Positions 45,367-51,960 of a DNA stretch of 55,526 nt are shown here, in pieces. This stretch comes from a virus. Under the pieces are notes generated by a model that was given only the letters and a program-made list of their open reading frames with translations, did not search any database and had not been told where the DNA came from. The stretch covers positions 1 to 55,526 of the IMG/VR virus record IMGVR_UViG_3300022664_000329; one strand, 5' to 3'. The stretch's first letter is position 1, and every line of letters starts with the position of its first letter. The position numbers and the translations under genes were made by a program.

Positions 45367-45947
45367 GCGAGAATAAAGGATTCGACTGGAAAACATTGAT
45401 TGCAGGCAATGTTACGAATACCCCACATCTGATGTATGGCACGTTCCTGTTATTTCTGGCCGCCTGCCGAGATGCAAAAACGGCAATCATCCTCGGAGAT
45501 GATTACGTCATCATGGATGCCCGTTCGTACACGGATCTGTGCGCTAAGGTGGACCAGACCCAGAGCCTGCTGGAAGCACAACGCGCCCAGGCGGTACCAA
45601 CTCCTGATCTTTCCTTCATCAGGAGGAACGCTGGGCCAGGAAAAGGCGTCCGCCCCTTTGATTATCTCATCGACTTGTCTGCCCGCGGGCAGGAGTGGGT
45701 GCGCTTTTGCGAGCGCGTGCTCGATCACATTGAAGGTTATACCGTCCCGCAATATGGCGACCTGCCGAATGATCAGATTTCGTCCTGGTCGGTCGATGAC
45801 GTTATGCAGGCGATCCGGAAACGCACGCACCGCCACGGCAAAAACAGCCGCGGACCCGACGAGGATCTGCGCGATTGCCTGAAAATAGCTCACGAGGCGT
45901 GTATCGCGTATTTCAAGATTGTGCAGCAACAAGGGAGGAAAAAATAA
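45363..45947 (+). CDS. Hypothetical protein (194 aa)
   Basis: ATGA overlap with the DHH gene. The C-terminal half (IRKRTHRHGKNSRGPDEDLRDCLKIAHEACIAY) is reminiscent of DUF3310-like phage proteins. Unverified. Confidence 0.45.
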   Translation: MSENKGFDWKTLIAGNVTNTPHLMYGTFLLFLAACRDAKTAIILGDDYVIMDARSYTDLCAKVDQTQSLLEAQRAQAVPTPDLSFIRRNAGPGKGVRPFDYLIDLSARGQEWVRFCERVLDHIEGYTVPQYGDLPNDQISSWSVDDVMQAIRKRTHRHGKNSRGPDEDLRDCLKIAHEACIAYFKIVQQQGRKK

Positions 45948-45949
45948 TC

Positions 45950-46141
45950 ATGTCAAAAACAAGGTCGGCGCGTAAGCAGAACCGCAGGGACTTGATTTTC
46001 GCCGGAAAAAAGACTTTTTTTACTGGACAGAGAACCAGCGCGGCCCGGCAGGAAAAAAATCGCATCATGTCCGAGCAAGGGCTGAAAACCGGAAAGCAGT
46101 ACCGCCGATGGGTGAAAGATCACCGGAGGATAATCACATGA
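45950..46141 (+). CDS. Small basic protein (63 aa)
   Basis: GGGAGG SD before the ATG at 45950. Arg/Lys-rich. Confidence 0.4.
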   Translation: MSKTRSARKQNRRDLIFAGKKTFFTGQRTSAARQEKNRIMSEQGLKTGKQYRRWVKDHRRIIT

Positions 46142-46343
46142 ATATTGAACAGGCCTATGCGCTCATCTGGGCGGAACTGGTGGCCGCGGAAAAAAAGCAT
46201 CCCGGATGGCCGACCGATCTGATTCACGCTGACGGCATTGCTCCAAGATGGGCGAAAACGTGGACGGGTATATTATCGGCCTAAAACGTTACGCACTGGA
46301 AAACGGTATTGATATTAGTGGCAGCATCTACCTGAGTCGATGA
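46138..46343 (+). pseudogene. Disrupted MazG-like (all-alpha NTP pyrophosphohydrolase) gene: GC-rich N-terminal piece (46138-46284, frame 1) and AT-richer C-terminal piece (46248-46343, frame 3)
   Basis: The N-terminal piece MNIEQAYALIWAELVAAEKKHPGWPTDLIHA matches the usual start of phage MazG/DUF550-like proteins but lacks the EExxE block. The second piece, GYIIGLKRYALENGIDISGSIYLSR, resembles the MazG C-terminal helix and ends at attC1. Base composition changes near 46240. Confidence 0.4.
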
Positions 46344-46344
46344 T

Positions 46345-46406
46345 GCCCAACGCCGAGGTAAGCCGGAGGTGCGTAGCACCGATCGGCTTGAGCGCCATTG
46401 TTGGGC
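46345..46406 (+). repeat. attC1 (62 bp): R'' GCCCAAC ... R' GTTGGGC
   Basis: GCCCAACgccgaggtAAGCCGgaGGTGCgtaGCACCgatCGGCTTgagcgccattGTTGGGC. Inner stems AAGCCG/CGGCTT and GGTGC/GCACC. Confidence 0.7.
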
Positions 46407-46443
46407 GCTTGTGTAAAACAAATTAACAAGAAAGGATATAATA

Positions 46444-46614
46444 ATGCAACGAATAGAAAAATTAGATTCGTGGGATTTTCCAGATACAAGACCTTTGCGC
46501 GACGGATATGATGTTAAAACTGTTCCTGATATGAGCGCGGCAAATATTTTAGTTCTTATGGATAAGATAAACGAAATCATAGATACGGTAAACCAGTTAT
46601 TGCCGCCGGGTTAA
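46444..46614 (+). CDS. Cassette ORF (56 aa), unknown function
   Basis: aaaggat SD-like sequence upstream. The stop lies 3 nt before the GCCCAAC inverse core. Confidence 0.45.
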   Translation: MQRIEKLDSWDFPDTRPLRDGYDVKTVPDMSAANILVLMDKINEIIDTVNQLLPPG

Positions 46615-46617
46615 TAA

Positions 46618-46728
46618 GCCCAACTGAAAAACTATTTTGCGTAGCAATTATTAAAAACTGTTCATCGTACCAACGCCGGAGCTGAGGCGGAGCGCGTAAG
46701 CGCGATCGGCTCTAGCGTTTTGTTAAGT
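46618..46728 (+). repeat. attC2 (111 bp if R'' is GCCCAAC at 46618; a second AAC box, TACCAAC, lies at 46668): R' GTTAAGT
   Basis: ...taCCAACgccggagctGAGGCGgaGCGCgtaaGCGCgatCGGCTCtagcgttttGTTAAGT. Confidence 0.6.
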
Positions 46729-46759
46729 GGTTTTTAATTTTTATTAAACGGAGGGCAGG

Positions 46760-47041
46760 ATGACAAAAGAAGAAGCAATAAGTCTGTATGACTCTAAATT
46801 CTGGGAAGCAATGACGTATGCAGAAAGGGCAAAATTCCAGATGTTTGAACCTCTGCTTTGTATGCCTTTTGATATTTTCCATGAAGCAGTAGAAAAAACA
46901 CTTGGTCGCCCGGTATGGACTCATGAGTTTGTGGGAGATAATCTTAAAAAAGAATTGCTTGGTCAATCTCCTGCTCCTTCAATGGAAGATATTATTAATA
47001 TGATACCGGAAGACAAGCGCATGATTGTTGTTCACACTTAA
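46760..47041 (+). CDS. Cassette ORF (93 aa), unknown function
   Basis: GGAGGG SD upstream. The TAA stop lies inside the inverse core ACTTAAC. Confidence 0.6.
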   Translation: MTKEEAISLYDSKFWEAMTYAERAKFQMFEPLLCMPFDIFHEAVEKTLGRPVWTHEFVGDNLKKELLGQSPAPSMEDIINMIPEDKRMIVVHT

Positions 47042-47091
47042 CGCAAAAATCACCCGGAGCGCAGCGATCGGGTGGATTGCCCTTGTTGGGC
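47036..47091 (+). repeat. attC3 (56 bp): R'' ACTTAAC ... R' GTTGGGC
   Basis: ACTTAACgcaaaaatCACCCGgagcgcagcgatCGGGTGgattgcccttGTTGGGC. Confidence 0.7.
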
Positions 47092-47122
47092 TTTCTATGT
47101 CTGCGCAGAAAGTTTATAAGCA

Positions 47123-47305
47123 ATGCATACCATATCTACTGGTGATCCATCTACCCTCGGAACATATAAAAAGCTTGCTACTATTTTCGGAGAAAAGGCC
47201 GTCAAATTTATACAGGATAAAATTGACGAATCCCCTGACGGAGAAAACGAAGAAGTGATTGCAGATGAACGGCAGATGATGTTTTTGCTCATGTCGATGA
47301 TGTAA
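47123..47305 (+). CDS. Cassette ORF (60 aa, acidic), unknown function
   Basis: Ends 8 nt before attC4. No clear SD. Confidence 0.35.
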   Translation: MHTISTGDPSTLGTYKKLATIFGEKAVKFIQDKIDESPDGENEEVIADERQMMFLLMSMM

Positions 47306-47313
47306 TTTTGTAT

Positions 47314-47380
47314 GCCCAACGCCGGAGATAAGCCGGAGCGGCACATAGTGCCGCGATCAGCTTGAGCGACTTTGTTATCT
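47314..47380 (+). repeat. attC4 (67 bp): R'' GCCCAAC ... R' GTTATCT
   Basis: GCCCAACgccggagatAAGCCGgagcgGCACatagTGCCgcgatCaGCTTgagcgactttGTTATCT. Confidence 0.65.
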
Positions 47381-47598
47381 GATTTTTTAATTTAGTGGCG
47401 AGAGGATTATCAAAGCAAATGCCAGGAATAAAGGAAACACTGATCCTCAATCTTTATTCCCGCCGACAGAAAGGGGATATGTCGGGACGCTTTAAATAGC
47501 CCCGTATGCTGGATAAATATCTGGCGCTGACAGGCATAAACTCCATATGGTGGAGAGTGCGCAAAACATGTCGTCGGAGCGAGTAACCGATTATTAAC

Positions 47599-47654
47599 AG
47601 ATAACGCGCGAATCAGCCGGAGCGTAGCGATCGGCTGTATGGGCCTTGTTAGGC
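47599..47654 (+). repeat. attC5 (56 bp): R'' AGATAAC ... R' GTTAGGC
   Basis: AGATAACgcgcgaatCAGCCGgagcgtagcgatCGGCTGtatgggccttGTTAGGC. Confidence 0.7.
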
Positions 47655-47680
47655 CCAATATTAAAAAGGAGAAAAAATAA

Positions 47681-47842
47681 ATGGAAAATAAAACATCTTC
47701 ACTTTCACCGACACATAAATATTTTTTTAGTACGGGACAACTACCCCGGAAACCATTACCCGGTGAACAAACATATGAATCATTTTGGCAACGAGTCAAG
47801 GCAATCCATTTTAAGAGAAAGTTTAAGCGAACTGTAGCCTAA
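47681..47842 (+). CDS. Cassette ORF (53 aa, basic), unknown function
   Basis: AGGAG SD 9 nt upstream. The TAA stop lies inside the inverse core GCCTAAC. Preferred over the TTG-initiated track ORF 47646-47837. Confidence 0.45.
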   Translation: MENKTSSLSPTHKYFFSTGQLPRKPLPGEQTYESFWQRVKAIHFKRKFKRTVA

Positions 47843-47843
47843 C
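47837..47843 (+). repeat. Orphan inverse core GCCTAAC (truncated attC6), right edge of the array
   Basis: Exact reverse complement of the attC5 core GTTAGGC. The conserved GCCGGAGCG...GCGATCGGC interior does not follow it. Confidence 0.5.
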
Positions 47844-47856
47844 AATTAAGCAGCAA

Positions 47857-48180
47857 ATGAATGATATGACTCCCAATGAACTAGAAACCCTGGCCGCCCT
47901 GGTAGCAAAAGAACTGGCTCCGCTGCTGCAGAAAAAGCCGTGGCTTACTCTGCGTGAGGCCGCGTCGGAGTATCATATCGGAGAGCATCGACTCATTCAC
48001 CTGGCCAAGACAGAAAAGAAAATAAAAGGGTTCCAGGATCCGGACAGTAAACGCAACGATTGGTTGTTTGAACGTAAATCGTTGGATCGATACCGTGACG
48101 ACCAGGCTCCTGCAGTCATCACGCCCCGTGAAAAAGCGCTTGCAATAATCTCAGGCCGGCGTATAGGAAAAGTGGCATGA
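47857..48180 (+). CDS. xis: Excisionase / HTH_17-like DNA-binding protein (107 aa)
   Basis: PWLTLREAASEYHIGEHRLIHLAKTEKKIKGF...WLFERKSLDRY. ATGA overlap with the integrase gene. Confidence 0.6.
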   Translation: MNDMTPNELETLAALVAKELAPLLQKKPWLTLREAASEYHIGEHRLIHLAKTEKKIKGFQDPDSKRNDWLFERKSLDRYRDDQAPAVITPREKALAIISGRRIGKVA

Positions 48181-49184
48181 GAATCTTTCAGAAACGTGGC
48201 TGGTATCACGTGGAGATTGATCGCAATCACTCCAGGGCACTCGGTACGCGCGATCCGGCCGAGGCCGCTAGAATTGTCGATGAGATCATTAAAGCGGAAG
48301 CCCGACAAAAAGTTTCCGAGATCGAATCCGCGTCCCGCATTAAACTCAAAAACTTCGCAGAAAAATATATCGAATACCGGGAAGGGCTAAAGGACCTGTC
48401 CGAAGAAACCATCAAAAAAGACAAATTATCTCTAAAACTCCTGGCCGGTGCAATCGGAGACGACACGTTAATGGCCGCGATCGTCCGAAAGAAATCAAAA
48501 AAGCTGGAAGATTTTAAGAAAATTGCACTTGCCGCCGGCGCATCGCCAATCACGATTAACGGCTACCTGCGTCATCTAAAAACAGCATTTAAGTGGGGCA
48601 AAGAAGACGAGGATCTGATCGATCGATTACCGAAGATCGTCATGTACAAGCGGATAAAAAAAGACGAAGAGGCTATGCTGGACCGCATCCTGATGCCCGA
48701 GGAAATTAAAAAGGCCCTGGCTAAAGCAGATGAATTCAACCCTAAGTTTGGATTGTATGTCCTAACATTGCTCTGGACAGGAGGCCGCCGCCGTGAGGCA
48801 CTGGGCCTGGAATATCAGCGCATGGATTTCACGCATAATCTAATCACACTGATCGGGAAAACCGGTAAACGCATCATTCCCATGCTGGCCCCGGTAAAAG
48901 AGGCACACAAGCCGTTTAAGAAGGACATCGGCCGAGTTTTTCCAGACTGGCATCCTGACACCGTTTCTCACTGGCTAAAAAAGGTATTGCGCGATTGCGG
49001 GATAGAAGACCATCGGCTGCATGATTTACGCCACACCTGCGCCACCTACCTACTCAAGAATGGTGTTGAATTGGCAGTTGTACAACGCATCATGGGCCAC
49101 GCCCAAATGTCGACGACACAGATTTATGCCAAGGTCCTACCAGATATCATGGCCAGCCAGATGGAAAAATTGAATTTTGATTGA
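48177..49184 (+). CDS. int: Tyrosine recombinase, phage integrase (335 aa)
   Basis: Catalytic signature TGGRRREAL ... HDLRHTCATYLL ... GHAQMSTTQIYAKV. Followed by an attP-like site. Confidence 0.9.
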   Translation: MRIFQKRGWYHVEIDRNHSRALGTRDPAEAARIVDEIIKAEARQKVSEIESASRIKLKNFAEKYIEYREGLKDLSEETIKKDKLSLKLLAGAIGDDTLMAAIVRKKSKKLEDFKKIALAAGASPITINGYLRHLKTAFKWGKEDEDLIDRLPKIVMYKRIKKDEEAMLDRILMPEEIKKALAKADEFNPKFGLYVLTLLWTGGRRREALGLEYQRMDFTHNLITLIGKTGKRIIPMLAPVKEAHKPFKKDIGRVFPDWHPDTVSHWLKKVLRDCGIEDHRLHDLRHTCATYLLKNGVELAVVQRIMGHAQMSTTQIYAKVLPDIMASQMEKLNFD

Positions 49185-49192
49185 CATCCCTC

Positions 49193-49213
49193 TGCGGTAC
49201 ATCTGCGGTACAT
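49193..49213 (+). repeat. Arm-type repeat TGCGGTACATCTGCGGTACAT (left arm of attP)
   Basis: Identical 21-mer at 49379-49399. Each is a tandem TGCGGTACA dimer. Confidence 0.7.
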
Positions 49214-49252
49214 CGTTCGTAAGTAGTTATTATCATTCATATGGGCAATCAA

Positions 49253-49297
49253 CTTTTAATCCGTTGGCCGCGGGTTCAATCCCCGCACGGCCCACCA
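49253..49297 (+). other. attP core: 3' 45 nt of a tRNA-Lys(UUU) gene (anticodon loop to CCA); not a complete tRNA
   Basis: CTTTTAA-TCCGT-TGGCC-GCGGGTTCAATCCCCGC-ACGGCCC-A-CCA has the anticodon loop, variable loop, T-arm and acceptor 3' strand. The upstream sequence cannot supply the matching 5' acceptor or anticodon stem. Confidence 0.65.
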
Positions 49298-49306
49298 AGA
49301 AAAACA

Positions 49307-49342
49307 AGGGTTTTCGGTGTTTACAGCCGAAAACCCTTTTTT
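49307..49342 (+). terminator. Rho-independent terminator
   Basis: AAGGGTTTTCGGtgtttacagCCGAAAACCCTTtttt. Perfect 12-bp stem plus a U-run. Confidence 0.6.
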
Positions 49343-49378
49343 CATACCTCCTCAAATCTCCTCATTTTGGGCCAGTTT

Positions 49379-49399
49379 TGCGGTACATCTGCGGTACAT
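49379..49399 (+). repeat. Arm-type repeat TGCGGTACATCTGCGGTACAT (right arm of attP)
   Basis: Identical to 49193-49213. Confidence 0.7.
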
Positions 49400-49441
49400 T
49401 TTACTAGCGATATACTAGTTATTCCGTTGAATAATGCTTGA

Positions 49442-50026
49442 TTAATGGGCTTTTAGGCCGTCAAACCACCGGCTAATTCTAGCCCCCAGACATACTCGAC
49501 TTCCCCCCTTGGCCGATATTTCCTCGACGACATCTGATGACGCCACACTGATGACGATGCACGGGGTCAGCGTCTTGCCGCGATATGCCCGCCCAGCGAT
49601 GATGGATGTGATGGCTATACCCTCCGGGATGGAGACGTGCTCTGCGATGTACCTATCCATCACCCTATCGGCAGCAGCCGGAGCGACCGGCGATCCGTCA
49701 AACATACCAGAGCCGTACTCCCCGATGTAATATGTAGGCCACGGGATATGGACTGATAGGACGCCGTTTATGGGTATCAATTTAGTGTTCAGTGAATATT
49801 TTTCGGACCCATCCACGGTAATTCCTCTTGGGCGGCCGCCAAGCTTTCCGTTTGCCTTGCTTGATGCGGCTTTCTTCTCTGTTTTTTTTTGCCCCATGAG
49901 ATAGGCCGCATAGTCCACGAATTTTCCTCCACAGTTTCCGTGACTCATGCCCTGTGTTGCGAGACTAAAACCGACATCCAGATCGTCCTGGATTGCCCCA
50001 CACTTGTTGCATATTGATTTTCCCAT
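49442..50026 (-). CDS. Hypothetical protein (194 aa from the ATG at 50026) with an N-terminal Cys-rich region; att-adjacent moron
   Basis: AAGGAGGAG SD on the minus strand before MGKSICNKCG...HGNCGG. Contains a GGRPRG motif. One of three minus-strand genes. Confidence 0.5.
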   Translation of the reverse strand: MGKSICNKCGAIQDDLDVGFSLATQGMSHGNCGGKFVDYAAYLMGQKKTEKKAASSKANGKLGGRPRGITVDGSEKYSLNTKLIPINGVLSVHIPWPTYYIGEYGSGMFDGSPVAPAAADRVMDRYIAEHVSIPEGIAITSIIAGRAYRGKTLTPCIVISVASSDVVEEISAKGGSRVCLGARISRWFDGLKAH

Positions 50027-50237
50027 GATTTCTCCTCCTTCTTTATTTTTTGTTAAGCATAATATAAAGCTAGCGCTAGGTTTTGTCAAGCATTATTTTA
50101 ATTATTTTTTATGTGTAATGTTGTTATTAAGTATTTGGATGATGTTAGATGTTTTTCAGGAAGGCCTAGAGCGTACCTTTTTTCCGCCTCCCCCCTCCCC
50201 TTTTTCTTTTTTGTCCCCTTTTTCATCTTCCAAAAAC

Positions 50238-50579
50238 GGCAGCAAAACCGGCAAGCAGATCCCGGAATACGCATTTTCCCTACGCCACAACATGCCGCCC
50301 CGGCTCCCGCCGCCCCTATATTTTTAAGTTCATTACTATTCCCCTGCCAGTTTTTGAGGGTGGCTGCCGGTTTTGCTGCCAGTTTTTGAGGGTGGGCTTG
50401 TCGTTTATTATTTAATATAATCAAATACCTATCCAGTTTTGCCGGTTTTGCCAACTTTTTTTACAAACTTATTTTATAATTGATCACACGTGCGTCGCGT
50501 TATAATAAATATAATGTAATAGGGGTCATAGGGGATTAATTAATAAATAGTTCCGTTAAAAAGTTGGCAGAACTGGCAG
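50238..50579. repeat. Cluster of CTGCC(A/G)GTTTT-type iteron-like repeats in an AT-rich non-coding region
   Basis: CTGCCAGTTTTTGAGGGTGG at 50344-50363 and 50376-50395, bridged by CTGCCGGTTTTG. Related copies lie at 50433-50455 and, inverted, at 50238-50258 and 50563-50579. Confidence 0.5.
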
Positions 50580-50844
50580 TTCACAGCCGCCCGGATTCGC
50601 TGTCGATGACTAAAATGGATATACCTGGGCGGGGGATTTTGAATTTTTGGTCATCCTGGTGACTCGGGGATGGGCCAGCAGCTGCCGTATTCACCCAGAC
50701 GCAGCGCAGCTTTAACTGGTCTTGGCTTCCAGTTGCCGGGGGGAAGGGGCTCCCGGGAGGATAACGTAATGATATTTGCAGAGTATAATATTTTGACTTA
50801 ACGACGGCTTTGGCGGGCGTAAATCGTTTATGCGCCGCGATCGG

Positions 50845-50876
50845 AGCCCGGCCGGTAGGATCGACCGGGCTTTTTT
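50845..50876 (+). terminator. Hairpin plus T-run between the iteron region and the 3' end of the recombinase gene
   Basis: AGCCCGGccggtaggatcgaCCGGGCTttttt. Confidence 0.5.
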
Positions 50877-50921
50877 CGGTGAAAATGGATTTAATTTGAA
50901 AGGCGCCGGAAGGAAAGACGG

Positions 50922-51536
50922 CTATTTCTGCCGGGCGGTCCGGATGCCACGTTTCCGCATCCAGTTGGCCAGGTTCGCTTCGGTGGTATCATACATCGCC
51001 GCGATGGACTTCTGGGGAACCTTGAGGGCGATCAATTCCCGGATCCGGGCGTCGTTGGCATCGAGTTTCGATTTGCCGGGTCCGGTCGGGCGGCCGAGGC
51101 GGACGCCCTGGGCTTTTTTGGTCGCCAGAGCGCTGCGGGTGCGTTGGCTGATCAGGTCGCGCTCGATTTCGGCCGCCATCGCCAGCACCATGGCCATGAT
51201 CTTGGATTGGAGGCTGCCGTCGAGTTTCCACCCGCCCTTGGCCGCGTAAACCCTGATGCCGCGCTGGGCGCACTGGGACAGCATTTCCATGATCTCCAGC
51301 ATGGACCGGCCGAGGCGGGATAATTCGGCGACGATCAGGGCGTCGCCCTTCTGCAAATCCTCCCGGATGATCGGCGCGATGGACCGCTCGCGCCATGCCT
51401 TGCGGCCGGAGACCACTTCGTCGACCATCTTCACCTGGCCAAGATTCAGATCGTTGGCCAGCTTCAGGATTTCCAGGCGCTGGTTTTCGACGTCCTGGCC
51501 GTCCGTGGATACCCTCACATACGCGATCGTTTTCAT
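50922..51536 (-). CDS. Small serine recombinase (resolvase/invertase family), 204 aa
   Basis: N-terminal MKTIAYVRVSTDGQ catalytic-Ser motif, GDALIVAELSRLGRS, and a C-terminal HTH. Confidence 0.9.
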   Translation of the reverse strand: MKTIAYVRVSTDGQDVENQRLEILKLANDLNLGQVKMVDEVVSGRKAWRERSIAPIIREDLQKGDALIVAELSRLGRSMLEIMEMLSQCAQRGIRVYAAKGGWKLDGSLQSKIMAMVLAMAAEIERDLISQRTRSALATKKAQGVRLGRPTGPGKSKLDANDARIRELIALKVPQKSIAAMYDTTEANLANWMRKRGIRTARQK

Positions 51537-51729
51537 TCCCTGACCTCCTGATTTAATGTAAACCGCTATTTTGTAGTTTTAATATCATTATTGTTATCAA
51601 TATGTCAAGTGCTTTCATTATTATTTATATAGCCGCCTAAACGTTCGTTTATTCTATCATTTAATACGTTTTTCGGAGCCCGGCCCGCCGACCGGCGCCG
51701 GCGGGAACTCTCGGCAAGCAACGCCGGCG

Positions 51730-51768
51730 ACCATATTGAGGCCGTGGGCAGACCGGCCTCAATATGGT
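51730..51768. repeat. Perfect 14-bp inverted repeat (ACCATATTGAGGCC ... GGCCTCAATATGGT)
   Basis: Read directly. 11-nt loop. Confidence 0.6.
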
Positions 51769-51950
51769 GATCATCGGGCGGCGGCCCGGCCGACCGCCGG
51801 AAGGCAAAACCGGAGACGGACGGCGGCGGAGATTCCGGGCGCGGCGGCAGCCGGACGCCGGCCTGCCTAGCGCCGCGGGCAGGTCGGCGCGGCCCGGCCG
51901 GTCGACCAGACGCGCGACCCCCGGGAAACGAAAACCCCGGGACCGGGACT

Positions 51951-51960
51951 CCCCCCCCCC
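51951..51960. repeat. C10 homopolymer tract
   Basis: act-cccccccccc-tgg, read directly. Confidence 0.9.

Larger units (their letters stand above)
46240..47843 (+). mobile_element. Integron-type gene-cassette array without an integron integrase (CALIN-like): five attC sites plus one truncated site, about six cassettes
   Basis: See the attC features below. The region is visibly AT-rich relative to its flanks. For all five junctions, the 7-mer core at the 5' boundary of a cassette is the exact reverse complement of the inverse core at that cassette's 3' end. Confidence 0.7.

Noticed and set aside
46345-47654. The five similar ~60-bp palindromic repeats considered as a CRISPR array or as simple intergenic terminators
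   Set aside because: The repeats are imperfect and variable in length. They are spaced 250-400 bp apart with SD-led ORFs between them and lack U-runs. The RYYYAAC/GTTRRRY ends with cassette-wise complementarity fit attC sites instead.
47410-47799. 129-aa minus-strand ORF, and the TTG-initiated ORF 47646-47837, in the cassette region
   Set aside because: The first runs antisense straight through attC5 and has no SD. The second starts inside attC5. The SD-led ATG ORF at 47681-47842 fits the cassette boundaries better. The cassette between attC4 and attC5 has only ~26-aa ORFs and is left unannotated.
48177-49184. The tyrosine recombinase considered as the missing integron integrase (IntI)
   Set aside because: It lies downstream of the array on the same strand, rather than upstream and divergent with an attI. 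It is coupled to an xis gene and followed by a tRNA-derived attP with arm repeats. I see no sign of the extra IntI-specific insertion between the conserved patches. A phylogenetic check is still worthwhile.
49222-49297. A complete tRNA gene downstream of int
   Set aside because: Only the 3' 45 nt fold as tRNA elements. The sequence where the 5' acceptor strand, D-arm and 5' anticodon stem should be (gtagttattatcattcatatgggcaatcaa) does not pair with ACGGCCC or TCCGT.
50098-50454. 118-aa minus-strand ORF over the iteron-like repeats
   Set aside because: It is composed of translated repeat units and low-complexity sequence (KKGTKKKKGRGE, AAGAGAACC) and has no SD. The repeats explain the open frame.
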